DNA of 64,000 nt, from NCBI RefSeq assembly GCF_036321535.1, contig NC_087436.1:38752001-38816000 (forward strand). The letters run 5' to 3'. Positions 26,890 to 40,329 of this stretch are shown piece after piece; position 1 is the first letter of the stretch; each line of letters starts with the position of its first letter. The stretch is from Camelus dromedarius. Taxonomy: Eukaryota. The notes under the pieces are model-generated. The model was not told the DNA's origin and searched no databases. It worked only from the letters and a program-made list of their open reading frames with translations. Made by a program: the position numbers and the translations under genes.

Positions 26890-28310
26890 TGCTCCCTTTC
26901 CTTAGATTCTATTATTGTTCCCTTCAGGCTGAAGAACTTCCATTAGCACTTCTTTAGTACTGGTCTGGTGGTGACAGATCTCCGATTTCATTCATATGAA
27001 AATGCCTTTATTTTGCCTATATTCTTCAAAGATATTTCCACTATGTGTATATGTGTTTAAGGTTTTCACTAACTTTGGGAAGTTCTTGGTCATGTCTTTA
27101 AGTATTTTTTCTGCCCCATTCGCTTCTCTTTGAACTCCAATTATATATATGCTGGACCACTTGATGTCCCAGAAAACACTGAGGCTCTGTTAACTTTCTA
27201 TATGTATTTTTTTCCTCTCAGTCCTTTTGATTAGATTCTTTCTGTTCATCTGTCTTCAAGTTCACTGACCCTTCTGCCATTTCCGACCTGCTGTTAAATC
27301 CATCAGTGAACTTTTCATTTTAGACTTTGTACTTTTCAGTTCTAGAATTTCCATTTGGGTTTTTTTGTTGTTGTTGTTTTTAACAATTTTTCTTTCTTTA
27401 CAGAGATTCCCATCTGTTCATTATCACCATATTTTACATCCTTAAATACATTTATAATAGCTGCTTTGAAGTCTTTGTTGATTACAACATCTGAATCATC
27501 TTGGGGTCATTTTCCATTGACTGCTTTTTCTCTTCACTGTGGGTTGCAGTTTCCTGTTTCTTCACATGTGTTGTGATTTTTTATGGTATGCTGGACATTG
27601 TGAGTGTTTTGCTGCAGGGCATTTGGATCATATCATCCTCTTTTAAAACAGGGCTGACCTTTGTTCTTGCAGACAGTGAAGTGCTAGAAGTTACTAGAAG
27701 ATCCTTTTGGTCCTGTCAGGCTCAGTATTATTTGTTAGGATGGACCTACTTATAAATTTTTTTAGACTTAGGGAATGTCACCCAAATGTAGGGTATGGTC
27801 CTTGCTCCTAAGAAGTGCCTTTCTGTATCTCAATTGAATGCCTGAGGTGCTGAGTGATGTGTCTCCTCTAGCTGAGTAGAACCCCAATGTCTTCAAACAT
27901 TTTTGTATCTGGTGTTACATTCTGCTTTCAGTCTTCAACAGGTAATTTTTGCTAGACTCTCTTAAAGTCTTACCAAATACCTCTCTGAAGTGATTAGCCA
28001 CTCAATTTCTGCCACTCCCCCTTTACACCCCTACCCCCACCCCCCCAACACAGCCTGTCTTATCAGTTACTTTACCTTGCAAATTCCAGACACTTTAGAA
28101 GCCCTGAATTCAGTTCCATTTGGAACTGTTACTCTACTTGTGTACCACCTGCCTTCTCTTCATCGGGAAAATGTCCACAGGAGGAAAGTCAGATTATTAC
28201 AAGGCAGTCATGTGTATACCCCTGTTGACCGTCTGTGGTTTAGTTATTTCATATATTTTTCAGCAGGAGGGCAAGTCTGGTAGCAGTTGTTTTATTATGG
28301 CAGGTGGGTA
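26890..28310 (-). mobile_element. Ancient L1 5'/ORF1-region fragment
   Basis: ctgaagaacttccattagcacttc, tctgtcttcaagttcactga, cttttcagttctagaatttccatttgg antisense L1M motifs. Confidence 0.6.
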
Positions 28311-29480
28311 CCTCAGCTTTGTGTTTTTTTACACTGTCATGTTCTCATAAACAGTGAAAGAAATAATCACAATAGTAGTGCTTCATTTTTTCTTCAGTGT
28401 TTCTTGGACCTAGAGGGATTGGAAGTTCTCTCTGTGTTTATAGCCCTTGCACTGAGTGCATTGTTAAAGGAAAATTCTTTGAGATGCTGAAATTCATTTT
28501 AAGTGATTTTGAAGCATACATTACTCCTACCTCCTTCAATGAAGAGTGAAATCCAGGGCTGCTGTTTATTTTAAACTTCTAGTATGCACACACACACACA
28601 CAAACTTCTGTGAAAGTCCTACTAATTTCAGTCTGTCAAACTCTATTACTTTGATTAGATAGTTGGGTTTAATCCTCTTTTTTTTATAAATTTTCTTGTA
28701 ATTCAGATATTCATTAATAAAATGATTGATGAGGATGTATTTCTGTTCGTATTTTGATTATTAGCTTGTAGAATAATTCACTATGTAAATTCACAATTTT
28801 TTAATTCTTTTAACTCATCAGTATCAGTATCCTGTCTGCTTTCTTTACATACTTTGCAATATAGTATGTAATTTAAGAACTAGTTCTTGGAAACATTTAG
28901 CCAAGGTTTTCTCTGTCTTTCAATATAACTTTAAGCATGTTTGCAGAAAAATTAAAAATGTAGTAGTGTTTATTTATAACATAAGATATTTATATAGATT
29001 TTCCACTATTTTATATCTTTTCTTTTAAAATTGTCTTTAATGCCAAGTGTGGCCCTCTCGGGGAAAATTGGCCTCATTTCTGACCCCAGATGGTGGAATC
29101 TAATGTAATCATTTGCTTTATTCACAGCCTTCACTTTGCGTGACTTCAAGCTAATTAAAAAAAAAACAGGAATGACCTTCAAAGACGAGGATTTTTCCAC
29201 TGTGACTATTCCATATTCTCTGAAGGGAATTCCAAAAGCAGAATTTTTGGAACAATGATGCTATTATTAGGTTGAGCATGAAAATTCCCAATGTTATTGC
29301 TTTGAAGGGAACAATATTCATTCAGATGTTTATGTTCTGGTATCTTGGCTTCATTTTAATTGTATCTCATATAGTGGTATCTGTCCATTTCTTCAAGTAT
29401 GTTTTCCCTCCTACTTACAAGATTTGCTTTAAAGTATAGTAAGCTAAAAGTGATCACATTGGATAATCATGATATCATTT

Positions 29481-29527
29481 GTTAATGAATTCCCTCATTT
29501 AGTTAATGAATTCCCTCATTTAGTTAA
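29481..29527. repeat. Perfect 21-bp tandem duplication
   Basis: gttaatgaattccctcattta x2 plus gttaa. Confidence 0.95.
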
Positions 29528-30351
29528 CAAATGTTTTAGAATTCCTGTGCTAATCTTAGGAATATAGTGATGAACCAAAAGAAAAAAAAAAAGCCCCTCA
29601 TAGAGTTTACAGCCTACCTTTAATCTTCTCAATCTGGTTTAATGGAAAATAGCCTGTATCTTTCGTTCTTTAGCCTGCATTTAGAACTTTTATACCTTTC
29701 AGAAGTCCTTTGTGATTATTGGATATATAAGACATATTTGGTAAAAGGGGAAAGAGCTTTAAAAGATTAAGGAATTGTTTATAATCTGATGAAGGCCATG
29801 CAACTTTTTTTAATATATATACAAAAAAAGAAAAGATTTTAATTGTCATGATCAACTGAGACAGAAATACAGAATACCGAGGAAACATGTAAACAATCAT
29901 TAGAAGGAAAGTAAAGTCAGTATTGGAGAGACCATTTTGGAGGTGGTAGGTTTTATAGGAAAAGTTTCAGAGCAGAGATGCTTTTCTTTTTCAGAAGAAT
30001 CAGTGAGATGGGAACAGGCAAATTGTATTACAGAGGAGGAGAGGTGCCACTTTCTCCTGAATTTAAGTAAGGCTGTCTAAATCGGTTAATATTTTGAATT
30101 TCCTTTATTTCTTAACATCTGTCTACGTCTGTATTTTTTCCATAACCACTGGCTCCTAAAAAAATCTTAAATTTATCTTTGTCAAAGATGATATATACTT
30201 ATATGACTTGATGCCTTTTACAGTGATAAAATTGTCATTCAGAGCAACAAGGTAGGTCAAAGGTTAGATTTCTCTAATCCTATAAATCAGAAAAATCAAA
30301 TCGACCTTTGAACAGGTCAGTCATTAAATTGAATTTCTTCTTCCTTTCTAG

Positions 30352-30462
<111 letters not shown>

Positions 30463-31029
30463 TAAAAGGTCATTTGGAAACATTTTCCTTTTTGAAAAAT
30501 TTTTTTTCTTTTCTTTGCACACTTACAAACTAATGCTGTAGTGGTAAGTTAACTATAAAGTTCTTTCTCTGATTTTTTTTATTTAGACTTTAGTAATAAG
30601 GTTGAATCCTGATGGAGACTTTACTTTGAGAAATAAATTTTAGACATGCCATTTCCTTACCTCTCTCTCCTGAGGACCTTACTCTATCCTAAGATATATA
30701 ATTGTGGTTGTGGTTACAATCAATTTATTTCATATTATATTTTAAACGTCTGAATAAAGCTTATTTCATAAATGGTTATCCAATTGCAATGATCATCAGC
30801 TGATTTTGGCGGGGGAGGGGGATTCAAAATGAGGTTTTGGAAAAATGGAAATTGTAGCTAATTCCAAGTGAAATTTATTGTGAAATTATAACAAGCAAAT
30901 GAAAATAAGTTGGTTTCTATTTCACCTAACTGGAAGATTTGGATTCTATAAGCACTGAATTCTCTCTTCATTTGATAGTTATTTGAAAAAAGAGTTAATA
31001 AATTATCATTTAAACTGAATGCTCCAGTT

Positions 31030-31190
31030 GAGTGTTCTCAACCTGTCTGCACATTACAATCAACTGTGAAATTTATAAAATATTACCAGTTAAACCAGAA
31101 TCTCTAAGGGCAAGGTCCGGATACTGATACATTTTTAAAGCTCCCCAAGTACTTATAAAGTACAGCTAGGATTGAAAAATCACTTCTCTA
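31030..31190. mobile_element. MER5-family hAT MITE
   Basis: gttctcaacctgtctgcacattacaatca...tttttaaagctccccaagt...aggattgaaaaatcact. Confidence 0.65.
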
Positions 31191-31225
31191 AGTGAAAACA
31201 AATAGATTGAAAGAGCCCATATTCT

Positions 31226-31393
31226 TATGGTTCTTAACCTTGGCAGCACATTAGAGTCACTCAGGGAGCGTTTAGAAATTCTAATGCCCAGGTTTCACCT
31301 TAAATCATAATCTCTGGGGTTGAGATCCAGGCATCAGTATTTCTTAAAGCTACTAGGTGTTTATCATGTGCTACTAGGGTTGAGAACCACTGC
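31226..31393. mobile_element. MER5B-like hAT MITE
   Basis: tggttcttaacc...cacattagagtcac...gggttgagaaccactg with recognisable terminal inverted repeats. Confidence 0.75.
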
Positions 31394-31689
31394 CAAGGAT
31401 ACTAGAAACACTTTCATGGTTCTACTTGATTTATATTCAGATTCTGACATCTTTCCTTTCCTTCGTCCATCCAGTCCTTTACTGAGTCCATCGATAATTT
31501 TTTTTCTGTTAGTCTTTCTCATTTTGATTCCTTTCTTTTAATTCCTGCTGCCTGTGCCATAATTCAGTTCTTGAAGTAATAGACTTTTAAAATATTCTTG
31601 TAAGGGGTTTTTGTACTTCAAGTCAGTTTCCCTTCAGTCCACCCTGCATATGCCCTTGGGAATTTTCCAAAAACACGGCTTTATAAATC

Positions 31690-31842
31690 TGGGCTTCTAA
31701 AACAGTAGTGTGCATATGAATCTTAAAATGCAGATTCTGAATTCAGCAGTTCTAGGTGAGACCTGAGTGAGATTCTTTTCTAACAAGCACCAGGTTGATG
31801 CTGGTGCTCTAGGTCTGCAAATCACAATTTGATTAACAGGCT
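31690..31842. mobile_element. MER5A-like hAT MITE
   Basis: aaaatgcagattctgaattcagcagttctaggtgagacctgag...ttctaacaagc...gatgctggtgct. Confidence 0.65.
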
Positions 31843-32053
31843 CCTGTATCAGTCACTTCTCAGTAGTCTAAAATAAGTTCCCTGTGTCTTAGAGTTGCCA
31901 CATGGTTTCTTAAGAGGGTAGTTATAGCTACAGTTACTAACATTACACGCAACTAAAACATGCATATGAAATTAATTAAGTAGCTAATTAATTGTGAGTG
32001 AATAAATAAAATTGAAGAGGCCATGCCTAGACTAGTGGTGCTGGTGTTATTAA

Positions 32054-32186
32054 TCAGATTGTCAGATAGAGCAAATAAAAAATATGTCTCATGCAATATT
32101 TGAGACATTGTTATACTAAAAAATTATTTATTGTTCATCTAAAATTAAATTTGACTGGCTGTGCTATATTTTATCTGGCTGCCCTA
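32054..32186. mobile_element. MER53-like hAT MITE
   Basis: central tgtctcatgcaatatttgagaca hairpin, end ttttatctggctgcccta; flanks gttattaa / gttataaa (7/8, 8-bp hAT TSD). Confidence 0.8.
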
Positions 32187-32529
32187 GTTATAAACCAAGG
32201 GCTGTGATTGTGTACACTCGAAAAGATGATGTTCAGCTTTTAGTTAGTGAGTATGTTTTAAAACTCTGGCCCCAAAACAGCTTTGTACTGGTCAAGAGAC
32301 TCAGCCCAAATCATGCTCTGGTTAAACTTCTCCTTCTTAATAGCATGAACAGTGGGCATGGGGGAAACCTCTGAGAATGTGCAGTAAAACCACCAGGTAA
32401 AGTAAGGGGGACTGCCCTTCTGTAAGAAAGCATCCTCTGAATACCCATGTTTCATTTCAGTCTTTATGAATGCCAGTGAGGATGGTTTAATTGAAAACAA
32501 ACAGCAACAATAACAAAACCCCCACTGTA

Positions 32530-33245
32530 CCGAGGTGTAGTACAATGCATACAATAAAATCCACCCATTTTAAGTGTATGATTTGATTAGTTTTTCTACA
32601 GATGTATATATGGTCATGTAACCACCACTGTAATCAGGATACAGAACATTTCTGTCACCTCAGCTATTTCCCAGTACCCCTTATAGTCGACCCCCACCCC
32701 CCCGCCTCAGCCTCCAGCCACTGACAGTCACTGATCTGTTTTTTGTCACTATTGTTTTGCCTGTTGTAGAATGTCATATAAATCATGTAAGGGGGATCAT
32801 ACAGTATGTAGTCTTGTGTGTCTGGCTTAGCATAATGCTTGTGAGATTCACCCATTACTGCATGTGTCAGTGGTTTGCTCCTTTTTATTGCTGAGTGTTT
32901 ATTCCATGGTATGGATATGCTGCAGTTTGATTCTCCATTCATCCATTGATAGACATTTGAGTTGTTTCCAGTTTTTGTGTTAGGGAAAAAGCCATAGTTG
33001 ATGCTTGCATACAGGTGTTTGTGAGGACATAATGTTCTCATTTCTCTTTGGTAAATATATAGGTGGGGCATTGCTAGGTCACATGGTGGGGTGTATGTTT
33101 AATTTTTCTAAGAAACTTCCAAACTCTTTTCCAAAGGGGCTGCACCATATGTATTCTTACCATCAATGTATGACAGTTCCAGTTGCTTCAAAGCCTAGGC
33201 AACACATGGTATTGGCAATTTTTTAAAAATATCATCATTCTGGTG
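32530..33245 (-). mobile_element. L1 (L1MB/ME-like) 3' end
   Basis: aaatccacccattttaagtgtatga...catccattgatagacatttgagttgtttccag; ORF 32664..33071 carries L1 ORF2 C-terminal remnants. Confidence 0.85.
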
Positions 33246-33974
33246 GGGAATAATTTAAGTTTGATTACATGAATCAATAATCCCACTCTCAGCCAAAGGC
33301 CGTCTGCTCACTTACAGACCTAATTAAAGTGGGTTCAGCTCGGGGTCCCCAGGTTGTGATTGTCCAGAGCTCTCCCTAAGATTTCTTCTGGCTCCCTCAG
33401 CATCACAGGGGTGTCTGCCTCTGGGCTCTCACACCCTCTCCTGCTGTCTGTCTTACCCTTTGATGACTGGATATGAAGCCTGAGCTCTTCACTGGGTTTC
33501 CACAAAAGTTTGTTCATGAGAAGCATTTCAGGAGATAAAAGAAACCAGCACTGGAGTCTTAGGAACTTACTGATGGGAGGGTTTCCAAAACACAGCCTTT
33601 TAAATATCTTGCTGACCCTCCCCATTGCCTGTCCTTCCCCCCTGCTCCCTCTCCTCCCACGCTCGCACTGCCCAGTTTGAAATTATTTCCTGTGAGAACT
33701 ATTTCCTCGGAGAAAAGGAATGAGGAGAAACAGTCAGAAGAAGAAATGTACTCTCAGCGTGGCTGCTGTAGTATAGGAAGTAATTTGACTGACTGAGAAC
33801 CAGAGCCACTAAGAAGATGCAATATATGACTTCCAGAGTTATCTTTATATTTATAGCTGCATAAACAAGCTCAGGGCAGTGTTTGCTGCTGTGTACACAC
33901 AATAGAAAAGTACTACGCTTTCTCTCACGAAGCTTTTGAAATCAAAACAGAGAGTCACAGGAAGGCTTTGGGGA

Positions 33975-34210
33975 GTAATGAATTGTTAGGATTGCTTGCT
34001 CTGGGCTTGAATCCCATCTTCACCACTTACTTGATGAGTAACCAGGATGGAATTGGTTAATCCCTCTTGATCTTCAGTTTCCTCATCTGCACAATGAGGG
34101 TTATAAAAGAACCTACCTCATAAGGTTGTTGTGAAGATTAAATGCATTCGTGCATACAGCGGGCTTATAGTTCTGGCACACTGAAAGTGATCAATAAATG
34201 TCAACTGTAA
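33975..34210 (+). mobile_element. MIR SINE, near full length
   Basis: ttcagtttcctcatctgcacaatgagg...acctacctcataaggttgttgtgaagattaaatg...tcaataaatg. Confidence 0.85.
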
Positions 34211-35119
34211 TTTTTTTAAAGGAGACATGGAACTAACAGAACTTCTAAGAGAAACAAGGAATGATAAAGTTGTAGGAAGAGGTCATCAGCCACGTAGTAA
34301 CCAGACAGCTGGGATCAAATCATAACCAGCACAGTCCTGACCTAAGTGGTCTGTTACCCTCTAACTAAACTTTAAGTGTAAAAAAAATTATTTTGATTGT
34401 TTTTCCTCGTAAATGAGGCAAAATGAATTCGGTTTCTTGTCTTTGTGTTAGTTCAGCTGTACTGAGTGAGCCAACACCAATTCCGACTAATTACCAAGGA
34501 ACCTAAAATGAAATGCGATTATTGGTTGTTTATAAAATGTCCTGGTACAGTTTAGTGACCCCAGTTTCTTAAGATACCAACTCTGTAGAACTACTTGAAT
34601 GGAGCAGTTAAACTATAAACAAGTCTGAACTATATATACCACAATCTGAACTATAACAGAGTCCAGAAAATCCAGAGAGATTTTTTAGAGACAATAAAAT
34701 ATATAATCGTCTCATCTGCATCTCTTCTTGTGAAGTATTTCAACTAAAATTTTTCAGGATTTCTTTTCATGAATGTTATAATCGTAAGTGTAATAGATAT
34801 AGTAATGCCTTTTTAAAAGTCACAATCACAGACATTCTTAAAACTTCTGTGACAGAAAGTTTAAAAAAAATGATAGAGGGTAAGTTTTTTTAATCTTCCC
34901 CTCTGCCCTTCTAAGAGAATGGAGTTAATGGGCAAAAGTGGTGGTTGGGGGTTACTGGAGTAGCTCGACAAGCTAAAATAACTTATTTTGGAAAGATCAG
35001 AGAGCTATTGCCTAGAGAAAATGAATGAAGACAAAAGGTAAAATGGTCAAGGGGGAGAAGAGAGCCAGCGCAGGCTGTGTAACTGGGTGGTTTCAGGACA
35101 ACAGGGTAGGACTCTGGCA

Positions 35120-35335
35120 ATAACTGCCTATCCTTTGGTAACTATTCTAAGGACTTGATGTGGATTAATTAATTTCATCTTCATAACAGCCAGACATAGG
35201 AGGTAGTCAGTATTTCATTCCTTCTTAACAGATGATGAAACTGAGGCAGGTAACATTTAGGGAACTTGGCCAAAGTCACATAACTAAAAACTGGTGAAGC
35301 TGAGATACAGACCTTGGCAGTCGTGACTACAGGGT
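35120..35335 (-). mobile_element. MIR SINE
   Basis: acagatgatgaaactgaggcag...aacttggccaaagtcaca. Confidence 0.8.
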
Positions 35336-38319
35336 CATGATAAGGGCAGGAAGTTTCCTTAAAATTCTGCTGTGGGTGATGACTGCAGTCTACTTTATTC
35401 CCTTTTAGTGTTTTCTTGAGCTGCTGCAGTAAACATTTAAATTACTGTTGATTTCAGGATGGGAGGTACACTGGTGTGAGAGGTGGTTCCATTCAGAAGC
35501 AGGACTTGAAGGTGGAAACAAGGGGACCTGGCAGCATTCTGATGGCTCTTCAAGTGAAGAATTGAAACCACTCTGCAGACAGACTTTTTAAAATGGAAAG
35601 GAAAAAAAAAGAGAGAGAGAGTGAGGCAGGGAGCAGGGGTGGGAGAGAGAAAGCTGGATCTGAGTCACGTCCTCTATCATGTCGTAAGAGAAATCCATCC
35701 AGTCAACAAAAAGAAATTTTTCCCAGGGATGAAAGAGTTATAGAAGCGTGTTTCCTGTCAATCTGGGCCAGTGTGCTCCATGATTCGCACTGGAAGTGTG
35801 ATGAAAAAAATTTGCATCAAGTGTATGAATTTTGGGGACTGCCTTTTAATTTCTTTTAGGCTTAATGTGGGATTTTTCAGACCTGGGTACTTGGATCAGT
35901 TTTATTTTCATCACATGCATCACTTATTTCTGTAACCAGATTGTTGTTTTATGTTTAGTAAAGAAGTAGAGGGAAACGTCTTTCTCTCTCTATAGCTCCG
36001 ATGACCTATTTCTGAAATACTGCCACCTCTTGAAGTATTGCTTGTTATGATATGGCGAAGATAAGTGCTGTTCTTTATAGGGGCTGCACCAATGAGGCAG
36101 AAGCCAGGACATTGTAAGATAACGCAAATTCCATGAAAATTCCATATTGATCTGAGTTGGAGATTATATCCAGAAATGTCAGGCGAGGCTAGGCTGACAC
36201 CCGTTTTCTCTTGCTTGAATGTCAACTCTAGTTATTAAGTAGAAATCTGATTTAGAGTCAGAGTTCTGATTCTCCTTCTCTGTTTTTATCATCTTTATTT
36301 TATCATACTTGATGACATAATTCTTTGATGCAAATGTAACAGTTACAATAAAAGATTTATGATATTTTTACAGTGTGATAAAGGAGCAGTTTAGCTAAAT
36401 ATCTAATTGTTTATGTGTTCCTTCAAAAGAAGCCTAAAAAACTTCAAAACATATCATCTAATTTTTATGAGATATTTATCAGATAAATACTTTGATGAAT
36501 CAAAGATATTTAATGTCTGCCAAAAAGCCCAAAGTAAAGCATTAATGAAATCAGCTGTGTGATTCCTACTGCAATATACAGAAGTCAATGTCTTCTAGAA
36601 TTTAAGCTGTATAAATTTATCTACCCATTTAAAAATATTCTCATCCCTCCCCTAAATTATCTTGTTTTGAAAGAAATTGTTGAGTCACTGTGATATGTAG
36701 AGCCCTAATCTAGGCAATGAGGATATAAAATGAAATGAAGCAGGGAAGATACTTTAAACTTTTTTCAATTTGTAGAGGTTGATCTTTTATACCAAAAATT
36801 ACATATCAATACAGGGTAACAAGACAAATGTTAAGTGGGTTCAGTATTCAGCACACAAGTTCAAAGGAAAGTCTGCGGATTTCTAGAGCTGGAGAAATCA
36901 GAGGAAGGAGGAAAGCTGTGGTTTCATACAGCAGATCCCTGCCGTGTTTTTCCCACAGGCTTACGAGAGGAAGCTCCTACACGCTTTCCGTGGGGGTGGG
37001 GGTGGGCAGAGCAGATGCTGGCTTGTGATGTCCTGCTCGCAGTACTGACTCGGGCTTTTCTTCAACTTGGCATGTAAGCTTGGAGCAGATAAACGTTATA
37101 GCTGTGTATGTAGTCCTACAATTCCAAGTCAGACTAGGTAAAACTATAGCAACAAGATTAAGCAGACTTTCATTGCAGGCTGTCAGTTGATCTAGATCTA
37201 TTTTAGTCTTAAAGCCTTGGCTAGTTATATGTTTTTTTTTAAACTTATAAATTGTCCATTTCATTTATTCCCCTGTGATATTTTATTGTAGCTTTGTTTT
37301 AGAAACAAAACAAAAATACTCTGAAAAGTTTCCGTTGCTTCTGGACTTGATATCGTGAGGTGATGATCTTTTCTTTTTCTTTTTCCACACTGCCCTTTAA
37401 ATAATAAACAAGTGTATTTTACAGAGAAGAAGATGGTAACCACTTTCCTAAGGAAAAAACATTTCTTAAGAACGTCAGATGAAAAATATGATGCTAATAG
37501 GTTAAAACCCCGAGGCTACACTACTGAGCCAGGAGAATAAGAGAGAGAGAAAAAAAACAGACTGAAGATTAGGTCAGTGGTCGGCTGTGTTTACCCAAGT
37601 CTTATTTTTAATGCTCAGAAAATTTGGTTCAGACTGAATGCTGTTTTATTCAGTATATGAGGTTTATCTTCATTGCTACTTTTAGAATTACCATTCCAGC
37701 ACTTGTTGGAATGCATTACATTTTTAATTATTAAATCATTTGTAAATCATATAGATGAGTTACAAATTTAATTTTGAGAAGTTTTACATAGCCCTTGCAT
37801 AATGACTAGTAGAGGTCTGGAACCAGCTGCAGATAAGCATAAACAATTTCTTGTATAATAGCTGAGCCAGAGCCACATAATTAGGCCTTGGGATGGATTT
37901 TCATTATTAAATAATTTTCATACATTCTTAAAAAATTAAGGTGGTTGTCAGTGAAATTGCTGCTCTCAATAAGTATATGCACACATATATATTCATCTAA
38001 GAGCTAAGATTATATACGTAAAGTACTTTATCAACTAAGAATCCTATATTCCTTCTTGTTAAGTGCTCATCTAAAAGTTCTTACTTGTTTCTTTTCTACC
38101 ATAGAATGAAAATTAATATCCTATGCAGAATTCAAATTAAAGTATAAGAGATGAGGATCTTACAAAATTTTTGATTCATAGTTTTGTTTTGTTTTGTTTT
38201 GTTTTTTTGCATCACTTGGTAGCAGTGAAATAAAGTGAAAATGACCTGGATTTAGAATTCCAGATCCATTTGATTATTACAAATTATTTGATGATCGTGC
38301 GTACAATATCCGTGGTCTC

Positions 38320-38790
38320 TGGCAGCATAGCAGATTACCCTAAGCACAGTGATTTTGAACAACAGCATTTATTATCTCAGTGTCTGTGGTTCAGGAGTGC
38401 CAGAGCAGCCTAGCCAGCCAGCTGGTTCTGGCTTGGGTTCCCTGAAGGAGGCTGCCCTCAGGAGATGGGCAGGGGTGCCCGACTCATACTTGACTGTGCA
38501 CTTCCCAGAGGGCTCACCTGCATGGCTGTTGGCAGGAGGCCTCAGTTCCTTGCATGGGGGTGTCTACATATGTCACCCCAGGTCCTCACCACGTGGCAGA
38601 AGGCAAGCAAGGGGGAAGCAAAGCACCTTGTGTGACCAAATCTCCAGACTTGTTCACCTTTGCTTCATTGCATCTGTTCTTTAGAAGCCAGGCATCAAGT
38701 CCAGCCCAGACCCAGGGGTAGAGGAATTAGGCTCCACCTCTTGAAGAGAAGAGCATCAGAGAATGTGTGGTGGAGATACTGTGAAGCCAC
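38320..38790 (-). mobile_element. MaLR LTR (MLT1F/G-like)
   Basis: catttattatctcagtgtctgtggttcagga...ggctgttggcaggaggcctcagttcct...ctccacctcttgaagagaag. Confidence 0.75.
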
Positions 38791-38977
38791 CAGAAGTACT
38801 AAGGAGATTTTGAGGCTTTATTCTCTTTCCTTAAAGCTGGCCAGATGATAAAAGAGGACATCTGCTTGTTAATTAAAATAATATCTTAAAAATAATTGTT
38901 TCTCAACCTTGCATGTATTAAAAAATAATGGAAACTACCAGAGGTAACATAGACTAGGTTAAAAAAAAAAAAGTGGC

Positions 38978-39495
38978 AAAAGACATGGAAGCAACAACCT
39001 AAATGTCCATTGACAGATGACTGGATGAAGAAGATGTGGTATATTTATACAATGGAATACTCCTCAGCCATAAAAAAGAATGAAATAATGCCATTTGCAG
39101 CAACATGGATGGACCTGGAGATTGTCATACTAAGTGAAGTAAGCCAGAAAGAGAAAGAAAAATACCATATGATATCATGTATAGGTGGAATCTAAAAAAA
39201 TGCCACAAATGAACTTATTTACAAAATAGAAACAGACTCATAGACATAGAAAACAAACTTACGGTTACCAGTGGGGGAAGGACTGGGTATGGAAGGATAA
39301 ACTGGGAATCCAAGATTTGTAGATACTAACTACTATATGTAAAATAAGCAGCAAGAAACTATATTCAATACCTTATTATAGCCTATAATGAAAAAGAATA
39401 TGAAAAGGAATATATATATGTGTAACTGAATTACTATGCTGTACACTAAAAATTAACACAACACTGTAAACCAACTATATTTCAATTTTAAAAAA
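38978..39495 (+). mobile_element. 5'-truncated L1 (younger, artiodactyl type): ORF2 C-terminus and 3' UTR
   Basis: ORF 39010..39195 [35 protein letters not shown] is the L1 ORF2 end; flanks aaaaaagtggcaa / aaaaaggtagcaa resemble a decayed TSD. Confidence 0.92.
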
Positions 39496-40329
39496 GGTAG
39501 CAAGTTGGTGTGTATGTTCTGCCAGATTGGCATGAATCAATAAAGGAAGTAGAGTTAAAAGAAGAAGGCTGAGGGGGAAAGGGGGAAGATGCCTGCTGTC
39601 TGAGCTGTGGCAAGTGACTGAGGTATTAAACATTACAGCATTATGTCACTAGTGCAGGTCTACCTGACTTCACTGTTTGAATGTAACTTAACTCCTTTGC
39701 TTCTTCATGTTCACAGGGAATGTTCCCTGGTGCATCCTTCTTATCTCTCTGCACCGTTGTTTTCTGCCTCCCTCATGGATTCAGAGTGGAGGGAATGTGT
39801 CTAGTACTTTAGCACAGTGTTTGAGTATAAACTGGAGATGAGGCTGTGCAGGCAGGCTGAGGTCAGATCGTGCAGAGTCCTCTAACTGCCACACAAAGAG
39901 GTGTTGGATTTTTTTTTAAGCCAGGAAACATTTGCTATCTTTTAAAGATCTGTGTGGCCACAGCGTTGAGGATGAACAGTTTTCTTTGTTTAATCTTTAA
40001 ACCAGAGACACATAATTTAACACTTGAGAGATTTTGATTTCCATATTTGTTCATACCCAGAGAAAGTCCTGTGTCTGGAAGCTGGGAAGTTGGTGTGGAG
40101 GCTTTTGCATCATCTGGACCAGGTTGGGGTGGAAGGAACAAGAAGAGTGGAAGAAGTGTTACACTTCTCTTTGGGAGGCTGAGGGGTTGATTTGATGGAC
40201 GGTTAAGTAGAAGGAAGAATCTAGAATAATTTCTAGGTTTTTTAGATAGACGTAATGGGGGAAAATATTCCCTAAAATAAAACATGCAACAGAGGGAATT
40301 GGTTTGTGGGGATCAAAACAAGTCACTCT

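Noticed and set aside
39010..39195. 61-aa ORF as a gene (also 32664..33071 and 50210..50392)
   Set aside because: Remnants of L1 ORF2 C-terminus in 5'-truncated elements.
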